Part shown: in pieces, positions 10,125 to 20,000 of the stretch | Position numbering within the stretch: the first letter of the stretch is position 1 | Layout: the number at the start of each line of letters is the position of its first letter | NCBI RefSeq assembly: GCF_004010195.1 | Contig: NC_057719.1 | Coordinates: 10,953,164-10,973,163 of the forward strand | Direction of reading: 5' to 3' | DNA: 20,000 nt | Source of the DNA: Chiloscyllium plagiosum | Lineage: Eukaryota | Position numbers and translations under genes: made by a program | Notes under the pieces: model-generated | What the model saw: the letters and a program-made list of their open reading frames with translations, nothing else | Database searches by the model: none | What the model was told of the DNA's origin: nothing

Positions 10125-10468
10125 ATATAGTCCCTACAGTGTGGAAACAAACCATTCAGCCCATCACATCCACACTGACTCTCCGAAGAGCATTACACCC
10201 AGATTCACTGCCCCCCCCTCCCAACCCCCTTACTCTATCCTGGAACCTTGTGTTTCCCATGGCTAAACTATACATCCCTGGACACATTGAGCAATTTAAT
10301 ATGACCTATCCAGCTAACCTGTACATCTTTGGACTATGGGAGGAAACCAGAGCACCAAGCAGAATCTCATGTGGACACGAGAACAATGTGCAAACTCCAC
10401 ACAGACAGTTGCCCGAGGCTGGAATTCAACCCTAGCACGGTGCTAACTACTGAGCCACTGTGCCACCA
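10125..10468 (-). mobile_element. HE1/V-SINE, inserted into a Deu-SINE tail (10080-10530)
   Basis: catctttggactatgggaggaaaccagagcacc...caaactccacacagacagttgcccgagg...gagccactgtgccacc. Confidence 0.9.
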
Positions 10469-10539
10469 AGGTTACAGCCTATTATATCATGTCATGTTCA
10501 CCCATTGTTGCAATGTGGGAAACTCATTAAGTCCATTCC

Positions 10540-10881
10540 TTCCTTCATTTATTCATGGGAATGGGTATCACTGCCTATTGCTAATTGTCCATTGATCGTA
10601 GTAGCTTGCTAGGGCTGCTTCAGAGGGCAGTTAAGAGTCAACCAGATTGCTGTGAGTCTGGAGTTACCTGTAGGCCACACCAGCAGATTTCCTTCCCTAA
10701 AGGACATCAGTGACCCAAACTGCTTTTACAACAAGTGATGATAATTGTCATGGCACCATCACTGATGCAAGGTTTATCTTCCAGATGTTTTGTTGAATTT
10801 GAATCTCACCAGCTGCTCTGGCGTGAACCAATGTCCAAATCTCCAAATTATTTGCCCAGTGACATTACTATCACACTACCA
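10540..10881 (-). mobile_element. tRNA-headed SINE-like repeat
   Basis: Minus strand begins tggtagtgtgatagtaatgtcactggg; homologous to 315-560 and 14925-15120; ends ccattcccatgaataaatgaagg. Confidence 0.7.
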
Positions 10882-10899
10882 GCAAAATTAAAATGACAA

Positions 10900-11290
10900 A
10901 GTTATGCAAAATTATTGATATAACAGTGAACACTTACAAAGTGCTGTAAAGCCAATGATGGACTAAATAAATTGTAATCAATGCTGTAATATACGACATG
11001 CAAACAGTCAATTTGCTCAAAGCAAGCTCTGTCAACAGAACTGAAATAATAGACCAGATTAACTGTCTTCTTGATGTCAGTTGAGGGATGAATATTGACT
11101 ACCACAACAAAGAGTACTGCCCTTCTTCACACAGTGCCATAAGATCTTTTACATTCACCAGAGAGAGAAAATGGCCCCTTGGTTTAAAGTGTCATACAAA
11201 AAGTATTCCTCTCACACTGCAATGCTGCATTGATGGAATAATCTAGATCAGGAGCTCAAGTTCTCTCCTGTAGAATTTGATTCACAGGGA
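10900..11290 (-). mobile_element. Old Deu-domain SINE
   Basis: caatttgctcaaagcaagctc, gttgagggatgaatattgac, agtgccataagatcttttacattcacc. Confidence 0.6.
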
Positions 11291-11364
11291 AAAAGAGACT
11301 GAAGGGTCCAAATTATACTGTCTGAGTCCTCAGTGCTTTTTGTAAAAACACCATCTCATCCTTC

Positions 11365-11465
11365 ATTGATTTTGTGCATCACCTGTTCTGGAATATGGGA
11401 GCAGAAGCACTGCACAGTGTCCTAAGGGTCTAACCAAGTTTCTATGCAAGTTTAACATTTCAATT
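11365..11465 (-). mobile_element. Small CR1 ORF2 fragment
   Basis: Translated LNLHRNLVRPLGHCAVL resembles L.LY..LVRP.LEYCVQFW. Confidence 0.55.
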
Positions 11466-11553
11466 CTATTCCTCAAGAGGGGGAAACTCGAAGGAACATT
11501 GAGAACAAAGCAAACAAAAGCAAGTAGAGAATATAAGGAATGTATTAATGTTA

Positions 11554-11987
11554 AAGAGTCATACAGCACAGAAACAGACTCTTTGGTCCAACCAGTCCAT
11601 TCTGAACATAATCCCAAACTAAGCCAGTCTTACCTGCCTGCTCCTGGCTTATATCCCTCTAAACCTTTCCTATTCATGTATTTCTCCAAATGTTTTTTTT
11701 AAACATTGTAATTGTGCCTGCATCCACCACTTCCTCAGGAAGTTCATTCCACATGTGAACTACCCTCTGTGTAAAATAAATTGCCCCTCATGTCTTATTT
11801 AAATTTCTCTACTCTCACCTGGAAAATGCGCCCCTACTCTTGAAATCCTCCATCTTGGGGGAAAAAAAACACCTCCCATTAACCCTATCTATACCCCTCA
11901 TGATTTTATATAAGGCCATCTCTCAATCTCCAGTGAACCAAGTCCCAGCCTATCCAGCCTTTCTTTGTTACTCAAACCTTCCATACC
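11554..11987 (-). mobile_element. CR1/HER1-like LINE 3' end
   Basis: gagtcatacagcacagaaacagac...cctgctcctggcttatatccctctaaacctttcctattcatg, same family as 2833-3250. Confidence 0.9.
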
Positions 11988-12071
11988 TTTCTTTGGGCAG
12001 AGAAAAAGTAAAAAATATTGTCCTAAGCTGCGCTGAATCTTCAGCCCTGATTGTACTTTGTGGGTGAGTTT

Positions 12072-12480
12072 TATGTGTTGTATATCATAAAATTATGTTA
12101 AGCACAGTGTATTTTCATGGAGAGAGAGTTAGAGGAGCCACATGATGTATTCAGAAAAATCCTTCCTGTGTTATGAGAGTCCATCGTCACAGGAGTCTGA
12201 TATCCCTTCCAGTTTTTCTTTGCACTTTTCAGAGAAGAGCATAAGATTTCTCTCAGTTTTCTGGCAAAAAATATCATCCTTCAGGAAGCACCTAAAGTAG
12301 ACGGCTGTTTATCTCCATTGCCATTTGTTGGAGCTTACTGTGCACACATTGGCTACATCAGAACATAATTGATTTGACAAGAAAAAAGCTTGGGCATCCC
12401 AATGTTGTGAAGGGTGCTATATAAAGGCAAGTTATTTTCTTCTGTTAGGCTGAACTTTTCTAACTTTAACCATCGTTTGG
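12072..12480 (-). repeat. Copy 2 of the inverted segmental duplication
   Basis: 409 bp, equal to 446 bp minus deletions of 30 and 7 bp. Confidence 0.95.
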
Positions 12481-13654
12481 GGTGGGCAGGGTTGGAGTGA
12501 AACTAGTGATCAGCTTGTAAGCCCACAGTGGAGTGAAGCCAGCTTTAATATCTGGGTGTCATTGCCATCTCCTGTATGAATCACCCACCTAATCTCACAG
12601 GTAGTGAGGAAGCAGCAGGACTTCAAGATATCTTGACTCGATACTGTAATAATACAGTAATGTAGCAGTCAGGGCAGGCTGAGGTGAGGAGGAAGAGTAG
12701 GTCCTGACTCCATTGTCAGGCCAAGAGCACACTTCCTCCTCCCAGTCCAATGACGGAAGCCTTTTGGAAAACAAAAGGTGGGAAATTGGCCATCCCAAGT
12801 CCTTAGCAGGTTGGTTTCCCTGAAGAAACCCACAATAGGTGACGACCAAATGGGAAGCTGCACCTTGCTATCCAAGTGCCATCATCAGAACTTGAACATT
12901 TTGGGGATTCTTATGCATTCCAAAAACCTGCTACAGAAATGGTGTGGGTCAAAGGAAAGAATGCCCCCTCCATTTTGGCCACGCACACGTCCCATTCACC
13001 TCAGGCTCTGATGGGCATAGACCAAACCTTTCAACTACACGTTCAGCAAATTAAACATCAGGGGACTGTTTCAGATTGCAGTGCGAGGTGTTGGGGCTGT
13101 ATGTTAAACTAAAGAGATCATCAATCATTAATGCTAGTACAACTCCCATTAATGACCTTAGCTGACTGAATCCAATGATTTGAATTAATTTGTGAATACA
13201 TTTTCAAAACTTCACAACAGCTTTTGTTTCATAGTGGGACAGCAGAAATAGCGATGCATGTTTTTTTTCCTTGCTTCAGTTTGTTTTTCAATTCTAACAA
13301 TTGCTCTAAAATAGCTGAGATCATCAGTCAGCCGCAGTATCAAGAGACTGCCCGCGTCACCAGTTTGTTAATGATGGCTTAATGTGATAGAAAAAACATT
13401 CTGCCCTTTCGACTTCAAAGTCAGTCAAGTACATGGACTCAAATAACAAAAAAAACCCAAAGCCCCAGGGTACAGACTTTACAGTTTTTAAGGGGCTAGA
13501 TCCTGATTTCTTTGTGGTTTCTTTTTTGGTAGACCGGGATTAAATTTTGTTAAGTATTATTACTTATAGGAAATGGTGATTATTCTAACTTTCATGAATT
13601 TCTCTCCCCCGCTTTTATATAATAATCTATCAGAATGGCTGATGACTGATCTTC

Positions 13655-13662
13655 TGTACTCT

Positions 13663-13696
<34 letters not shown>

Positions 13697-13770
13697 GTGG
13701 GTCATCTCCCACATCAGGAGCACATAATTTCTGCTTGAAGTGCTTAACAGAAGGAGTGCGACACTGCCAG
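13655..13770 (+). mobile_element. tRNA-derived 5' head of a Deu-type SINE
   Basis: gggtagcactcttgcctctgagtcagaaggttgtgggtc...cccac. Confidence 0.6.
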
Positions 13771-13879
13771 TAAAGTTGCTAGTGAAGCAACAGGCACAAC
13801 ACTTTGACAAAAGCCTGATGCTCAAGGACCAGTTGTGTTTCTCATTTTGCTTCAGGTACCAACACCCTTCAACTCTGGT

Positions 13880-14187
13880 GCCTGCTACCTTCAACTTACT
13901 CCTGATGCACTACCACTGCCAAAGTAGAATTGTCATCCTTGTGTTTAAATTCCATAATGACATTTCCTCATTCAATCTTTTATCTCCAAAGATCTACAAC
14001 TCCACTCGAATCCTCTGGTCTTCTGAGGCCAGTCTCTTTTACACCCTGCCCTTCCAGTGCCCCACCATTAACTGCTGCCAAGACTGGGTCCCAAGACTGG
14101 GAATGTCCTCCACAATACCTCTCCATCTCTACTTTAGATCTTTCAGACCTTCTTTAAAACCCAACTCATTGACCAATCCTTTGGTGT
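13880..14187 (+). mobile_element. Old L2-like LINE 3' fragment
   Basis: aattgtcatccttgtgtttaaattcc (I.ILVFK) ... ctttaaaacccaactcattgaccaatcctttggt. Confidence 0.6.
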
Positions 14188-14609
14188 GACATTTATATCT
14201 TCCTTTATGTTTATGCAAAGTCCCCAGGGATATCTCTCTCCATTAAATGTGTTTTAGAAACACTTTGCTGTTGTTGCATCCGCTCAAAAGGGTTCTGGAA
14301 TTTTGACAAAATCAAGAAAGGGGAAAAACTGGGTGAGTTTGGGGTCTGTGTGCTGATGGCCACACCTTTCTGGGTCCCTAAGATTTCCAAACGGCAGTGA
14401 TTTTCCTCAGAGCTGTACTGACCCCACTGGTGGAAATGACCATTAATGTCCATTAATGTGTAATTCCAGGGATTTGATACTAAATGGATTCAAGGTGGCA
14501 CAGACGCAGACAACTTTTTGCAAGCTCTCTACAGCAGATCTTATTCTCACATTTCTTAAAATCATTCTGCACATTTAAATCTCAGTTCTAAGTCTGTAAG
14601 AATTACTAA

Positions 14610-14762
14610 CAATATTCACCTTCTTTGCAGCCGCAACTTTCCATTCTTCCCTCTGTCCAATCACCCTATGATCTTTGTATGATATGATCTGCCTGTACTG
14701 CATGCAAAACAAAACTTCGCACTGTACTTAGGTACATGTGACAATAATAAATCAAATCAAAT
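14610..14762 (+). mobile_element. Rex1/Babar-like LINE 3' tail
   Basis: gcatgcaaaacaaaacttcgcactgtacttaggtacatgtgacaataataaatcaaatcaaat ends in the (aaatc)n tail typical of such elements. Confidence 0.6.
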
Positions 14763-14924
14763 TCTCTCTTTGCAAGTGTGCAAGGGGCCCAGTGGTAGAA
14801 AGCGATTTCCTCCAATTTACTTTAGATTGGCTTGTTTCTTAATATTTTTCAGGTCAACAGTTTTGACGATGGTTGTCCCTTCATTGCCAGTTATATGACA
14901 GTTGGTTTCCCCCATTGGAAAATA

Positions 14925-15365
14925 ACAGCACAGTGGTAACATTAATGGTTCAGCAATTCAGAGGCACGATTACTGCTCTGGGAATACAAGTTCAAACCCC
15001 ATCATGGCAGCTGAGGTGATGTCATTTGACAAATCTAGAGTGAAAAACTCAAGTCAGAGTGACCATGAAACAATCAGGAATGTGGTTGACTCTTAACTTC
15101 CCTCTGGATAGGCCTAGCATGTCACAAAGCTGGATCAACTGCCCCAGAAGAATCAAGAAGGAATTAAGTTAGATAGATCACTGGCATTGGCTCAGGCACC
15201 AGAAATGGTGGCAGCATACCCTCCCCAGTCCACGCTGTGAAGTCTTCCTCGTTTTTATCCGGGACCTTTGGCTAAAATTGGGCAAGCTGTCCCACAGTCT
15301 GGTGAAGCAACAGCCTGACATAGTCACGCTCACCAAATCATACCTTACAATGTCTGAAACTGCAC
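14925..15365 (+). mobile_element. 5' end of a LINE: tRNA-like head followed by APE endonuclease N-terminus
   Basis: cagtggtaa...aagttcaaacccc head; 15242-15349 translates VFLVFIRDLWLKLGKLSHSLVKQQPDIVTLTKSYLT, resembling APE N..GL...PDI..L.ES.L. Confidence 0.75.
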
Positions 15366-15394
15366 CAGCACCTGGCAAAAAAACGCATAACGTA

Positions 15395-15564
15395 CAGAAT
15401 GTTTTTGAGATATAGTTGTTAGGGCTAAAGGGATCCAAAAAGAATGTGGAGGAAGTAAGAACAGGGTGCAGAGTTGAATGATCAGCCATGATCATATTGA
15501 ATGATGAAGCAGGCTCAAAAGGCCAAATGGCCTACTTCTGTTCCTATTTTCTATGTTTCTATGC
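15395..15564 (+). mobile_element. CR1-like 3' end inserted between the two LINE pieces
   Basis: gatcagccatgatcatattgaatgatgaagcaggctcaaaaggccaaatggcctacttctgttcctattttctatgtttctatg. Confidence 0.85.
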
Positions 15565-15569
15565 TTTGG

Positions 15570-15771
15570 CAGCAAAACAGTCTGGCATTAATACTGAAGA
15601 TTAAGCCAGACATAGCTGGACCTCTAACCAAGCTGTTTGAGTCGAGTTCCAACACTGGTATCTACTTGCCAATGTGGTGAATTTCCAAGTATGAATTGCC
15701 TCTGGAAAGCAGGGCAAATCCAACCAGCCTATTACTGCCACATCAGTCAATTATCAATCATTAGCAAAGTC
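15570..15771 (+). mobile_element. LINE ORF2 pre-RT fragment
   Basis: Translates LKIKPDIAGPLTKLFESSSNTGIYLPMW*...YYCHISQLSIISKV, resembling LA.PL..LF..S..TG..P..WK...NYRPISLL..ISKV. Confidence 0.8.
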
Positions 15772-15818
15772 TTCCTATTGCCATAAATGTAAAATCTTGC
15801 ACTTATTCAGCACATTAT

Positions 15819-16049
15819 TGAAATAACTCCACAGAGTCTGATACCCCATCACCAAATCACACTTTATTTACACATGGAGAGGCCTTGACACTAATCCAGT
15901 TCCCTCAGAGCGAGCTCTCAGAGTGAAGAGGATGTCTGGCACTCCTTTACTATCAGCCAGGGCTTCTCGAGTGGATCAGATTAACAGCCCCAATAAAGGA
16001 ACTCATATTCTATGAGGTCCATCTGGCTGACCTTATTATAATCACAACT
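15819..16049 (-). mobile_element. Probable solo LTR (~230 bp)
   Basis: Minus strand ends ...gagttatttCA with AATAAA ~45 nt upstream; CCAAT-like motif internally; recalled as a shark LTR-type repeat; no clean TSD seen. Confidence 0.55.
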
Positions 16050-16094
16050 CTTTTATTACTGAATGTCCTCTTTATTGCCAATTAGGTGTGGTCC

Positions 16095-16440
16095 CAGAAA
16101 TAACATAGGAAACACAGTGAGCTTTCTCACACAGCAATGTGATTCGATCAGATAATATGTTTTAATGTTTGATTGAGGGATAAATGTTAGCCAGGACAAT
16201 GGGTGTAGCTACTCTGTTCATCTTCAAAATAGTGCCTGAGGATTCCTTTCCATCCACCCAGAACAGCAGAAAGGGTCTCATTTCAAATTTCATCTGAAAC
16301 CTTTTGGCACTTCAGACTGTGCAGCACTCCTTCAATACCGCATTGGAGTGTCAGCCTTGATTTTGCGCTCAAATCCAGCTGAGAAACTTTACCTTTCTCA
16401 CTCAGAAGCAATAACACTGCCCAATAGCTAAGGCTGACAC
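16095..16440 (-). mobile_element. Deu-domain SINE
   Basis: acagcaatgtga, ttgagggataaatgttagccaggac, gcagcactccttcaataccgcattggagtgtcagcct, ctcagaagc...gctgacac. Confidence 0.7.
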
Positions 16441-16761
16441 AAGTCCAAATTTGACTATTTGCTCTTTTCTTAATTTATCTCTAACTGAATCCAATCCTTT
16501 GTCTGCAATACTTCCAGCCTTACATTCCAGTATGCACCTATCTTCCACTATTCCTGCTCTTTCAATTATCAGTGTCTAATCTTTACGCAAATACAGAAGG
16601 AGGCATCTTAATTTCAGGAAACATCTCACCATCAACACTGTTGGTTAGCTCAGAAATCAACAAAACCTCTTTTCTTAAAAGGTCACTGCCCATGGAGTTG
16701 GCTCCAGTGTCTTTCTAACATTTGCTTGAAGGAAATGTGTGAATGGTCATCACAGTCGTAT

Positions 16762-17108
16762 GTGGGGTGGTACGGTGGCTCAGTGGTTAGCACTGCTACC
16801 TCACAGTGCCAGGGACCCGGGTTCAATTCCAGCCTCGAGTGACTGCCTGTGTGGCATTTGCACGTGCTCCCTGTGTCTGCATGGGTTTCCTCTGGGTGCT
16901 CCGGTTTCCTCCCACAGTCTAAAGATGTGTAAGTTAGGTGGATTGGCCATGTTAAATTACCCACAGTGTTCAGAGATGTTTAGGTGAAGTGCATTAGCCA
17001 TGGGGAATGCAGAGTTAAAGGGATAGAGTAGGGGGATGGGTCTGGGTGGGATGCTCTTCGGTGGGTTGGTGTGGACTTGTTGGGTCGAATGGTCTGTGGG
17101 GATTCTAT
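16762..17108 (+). mobile_element. Full-length HE1/V-SINE
   Basis: Box A tggctcagtgg, box B gggttcaattcc, V-domain and CR1-like tail ending gggattctat. Confidence 0.92.
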
Positions 17109-17162
17109 ATAAAAAATATTGAACCATGCAGATGTGCTATTCATAAATAAAACCAGACTGTA

Positions 17163-17403
17163 AATTTGCCTATGCAAAGTGGAATCATGTGAATATTTCA
17201 GTCAAGATGAGAGTGGTGCTGGAAAAGCACAGCAGGTCAGGCAGCATCCGAGGAGCAGGAAAATCCATGTTTCTGATGAAGGGCTCCTGCCCGAAACGTC
17301 GACTTTCCTGCTCTTCTGATGTTGCCTGACCTGCTGTGCTTTTCCAGCACCACTCTCATCTTGACTGAAATATTCACATGATTCCACTTTGCATAGGCAG
17401 ATT
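17163..17403. repeat. Long hairpin (111-bp arms, 19-nt loop) built on a PLE-derived inverted element
   Basis: 17167-17243 is the exact reverse complement of 17323-17399; inner arms imperfect; core CUGAUGA-A-GGGC(UCCU)GCCC-GAAACGUC at 17273-17300. Confidence 0.95.
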
Positions 17404-17620
17404 GGAAAAGTTACAGCTTTAAATGGTTGATCATAGCCCGTACCATACAACCTGTCACACTTGGGCACTATTTGAAGTGGACAACTTGACAGAGGTGGAA
17501 GATGTAGGAGGTGTGGTCTAGTCCAACATTTTTGGTGCAACGTACAGTCCAGCATTATTTGCAGCAACTTTTACATCAATGCACAGCAACAGGGCAACAA
17601 CAATACAACTTGCCATCATT

Positions 17621-17753
17621 CAGGAATCCTGAAGAAGGGCTTATGCCCGAAACGTCGATTCTCCTGCTCCTCAGATGCTGCCTGGCCTGCTGTGTTTTTC
17701 CGGCATCATATTTTTCAACTCTGGTCTCCAACATCTGCAGTCCTCACTTTCTC
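17621..17753 (+). mobile_element. 133-bp PLE-derived insertion with 15-bp TSD
   Basis: caacttgccatcatt (17606-17620) / caacttgccattatt (17754-17768). Confidence 0.85.
17623..17662 (+). ncRNA. Minimal type I hammerhead ribozyme motif
   Basis: GGAAUC-CUGAAGA-A-GGGC(UUAU)GCCC-GAAA-C-GUC-GAUUCU: helix I, core, helix II, palindromic ACGU helix III, GUC triplet (predicted cut after 17656). Confidence 0.78.
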
Positions 17754-18859
17754 CAACTTGCCATTATTGTAAGGATTAACAACAACCCATCATACATGCA
17801 ATGCAATGTTGGTGCTTTCTTTCACTGGACACTTTATCTAAAGAGGACCTGGGTTGCACTGGTCATGTAGGGTTACAGAATTATGTAGATAAAGGCCATT
17901 CAGGCCACTGTATGTTCATTAACATTTTGAAAATGATATCCCTTGCGTCTCACCCCTTGTTCATAAACCCCTGGACGTTTCCCTCACCATCTATTTATCC
18001 ATCTGGAAGTGATTACTGAACCAGCTTGCTTTGTCTCTTAGACAATGCATAATAATTAACTTTAATCATCATGATACCTCTTTATTGTTCTTTGGCATTA
18101 ATAGTTACTCTGTTGCTTTAACTTCAGCATAGCCATCATTCTGTAATAATTTCATGTCTGCTTTGCTCTCTCTGCAAATAAAGAGTTACTTCATGAATAT
18201 TCATTTACTTTTTAGTGATAAATTCCGTACAGACAGGACAGTCACCATCATGCTCTTTGCTGTCTTTTCAAAGAGTCAACAATCCAATGAGCAGGTATAA
18301 CTCTCATCCATTGTGGAGTGCTGGCTGATGTGAAGTGACTGTATGAAAATCCTGATTTATTGAAAGTGATCCTTCTGGCCCCTAAAGGAGATTGTGTTCC
18401 CTTGCCTTGAAAACATAATGTTCCTTGGGCAGCACTTAAAATCCACTTATCAATCAGTGAAAAACATCAGGAGAGGCAGGCATCCCCATTTTTTAATAAC
18501 CTCAAATCCATAGCAAATGCAAAAGGTTTACTATTAATGATAACAAGGTGTTTGAGCTGATGATCTCAGGAGATTGATTACAGTAGGAAGAATACAAGTT
18601 GCTATGTGATCCAAAATTCTCATAGAAATCAAATTGCGCTTCACCTGGAGTGTTTACATAACAGAGAGAATCACAAACTCTAATGAAAGGCTGAAAACAC
18701 AAGCTTGAGAAACCAGGGTGACAGAATAACCTGCCGCTTGATCCTGGAGGGAACAGTGGTCGCTACCCTGCACTTTCAAACTGTTGAGCTTTCTCCTCTC
18801 ATCACAAGTACTGCTCATCCCCAATGGAAAGATGGAGCTGCAGGATAGTGCCAAAGGCC

Positions 18860-19185
18860 AGTGATGGAGCTGTCCAAGGTTCTGTCTTTTGGATGAGGCA
18901 TTAAACTGATGCCCACTTGGGAGAACATAAAACATGCAGTGACGGTGTTTCGGGGAAACAACCCCAGTGCCTTTGTCAGTATTAAACCTTCAAGCAACAC
19001 CCCGAAAGTCTAGGTCATTGGTTTCATTATCTGTCTGTGCGGTTTTACAGTGTGCAAACTAGTTGTCGCAGGTCCTACATGCCAACACACAAGGGTAATT
19101 CAAAGACACTTTAATGTTTGTAACTTGTTTTGGGAAGTCACTGGGGTGGTGAAAGGTGCAAAATAAATGCAAGCTCTTCCTTCTT
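18860..19185 (+). mobile_element. Old Deu-domain SINE
   Basis: gtctttggatgaggcattaaac ... gtgtgcaaactagttg ... gtgaaaggtgcaaaataaatgcaag tail. Confidence 0.65.
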
Positions 19186-19463
19186 GCCTCTTTTCATTGC
19201 TGGAGAACTACAAAAGATGCAATATGTTAAAGGACAATTAGTCAAGTGAATTTATTCAGCAGAACTTACTGTCATGCTTGGAAACTGACCTTGGACATGA
19301 AATACTTGTCCTTTTGGATGGAAATTGCTCCTCTCAACATTATGTCCACATTATGTTATGAAAAACATCACAGATCATTGTGCCAAGCACCAGGTAACCC
19401 ATTGTACTAAAAACCAGATAAAGGGCAATGAGGATTGCCTAGACCATAGCCTTTTAATCCATT

Positions 19464-20000
19464 TAGAACATAGAAACATAGAAAAGATACACCGCAGTAC
19501 AGGCCCTTTGGCCCTCGATGTTGCGCCGATCCAAGCCCACCTAACCTACACTAGCCCACTATCCTCCATATGCCTATCCAATGCCCGCTTAAATGCCCAT
19601 AAAGAGGGAGAGTCCACCACTGCTACTGGCAGGCATTCCATGAACTCACGACTCGCTGAGTAAAGAATCTACCCCGAACATCTGTTCTATACCTACCACC
19701 CCTTAATTTAAAGCTATGCCCCCTCCTAATAGCTGACTCTATATTTGGAAAAAGGTTCTCATGGTCAACCCTATCTAAACCCCTAATCATCTGGTACACT
19801 TCTATCAAGTCACCCCGAAAACTTCTTTTCTCCAATGAAAACAGCCCCAAGTGCCTCAGCCTTTCCTCATACGATCTTCCTACCATACCAGGCAACATCC
19901 TGGTAAACCTCCTCTGCACCCGTTCCAGTGCCACCACATCCTTCCTATAGTATGGCGACCAAAACTGCACACAATACTCCAGATGCAGCCACACCAGAGT
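19464..20000 (-). mobile_element. CR1-like LINE 3' end, continuing beyond the window
   Basis: ORF 19623-19994 (HLEYCVQFWSPYYRKDVVALERVQRRFTRM...RGHSFKL...FFTQRVVSSWN) and (tctatgtt)n tail at 19464-19482. Confidence 0.95.

Noticed and set aside
12001..12063. AG...GTGAGT-bounded 63-nt exon-like segment
   Set aside because: Its pyrimidine tract comes from an antisense CR1 fragment and the peptide is unrecognisable; likely a pseudo-exon.
13740..14189. Longest ORF (149 aa)
   Set aside because: Spans a SINE head and a decayed L2-like fragment, has a non-ATG start and no coherent domain.
16739..16987. ORFs such as WGGTVAQWLALLPHSARDPGSIP and DCGRKPEHPEETHAD (also 6968-7171, 8664-9039, 10085-10595)
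   Set aside because: They are translations of HE1-like SINEs, not genes.
17273..17305. Functional hammerhead in the hairpin loop
   Set aside because: Core is intact but the 5' strand of helix I was replaced at the inversion junction (only ~2 bp can form), and the long hairpin would sequester the GAAAC strand.
17202..17870. ORFs of 121 and 119 aa
   Set aside because: Largely translations of PLE-derived repeats (PEEGLMPETS, LLGCCLTCCAFPAP).

Overview
Non-coding, repeat-dense vertebrate DNA (intergenic or deep intronic). The repeat mix points to a cartilaginous fish, probably a shark (inference): HE1/V-SINE-type tRNA SINEs, Deu-domain SINEs, CR1/HER1-like and L2-like LINE fragments, a Rex1-like tail, a probable solo LTR and many short Penelope-like (PLE) hairpin elements. 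I recognise no host protein-coding gene. The only convincing protein homologies are decayed LINE ORF2 pieces. Four structures stand out: (1) short TSD-flanked PLE-derived insertions with intact minimal hammerhead ribozyme cores (17623-17662 on +, 1951-1985 on -), plus decayed cores from further families; (2) a tail-less 98-nt SINE head flanked by a ~199-bp direct duplication; (3) a ~446-bp inverted duplication 2.1 kb apart (9504-9949 vs 12072-12480); (4) a hairpin with 111-bp arms whose outer 77 bp are perfect and extend into flanking DNA. A tRNA-like SINE head also runs directly into a LINE endonuclease. Family names come from recalled consensus similarity, not a database search, and repeat boundaries are approximate unless TSDs are given.
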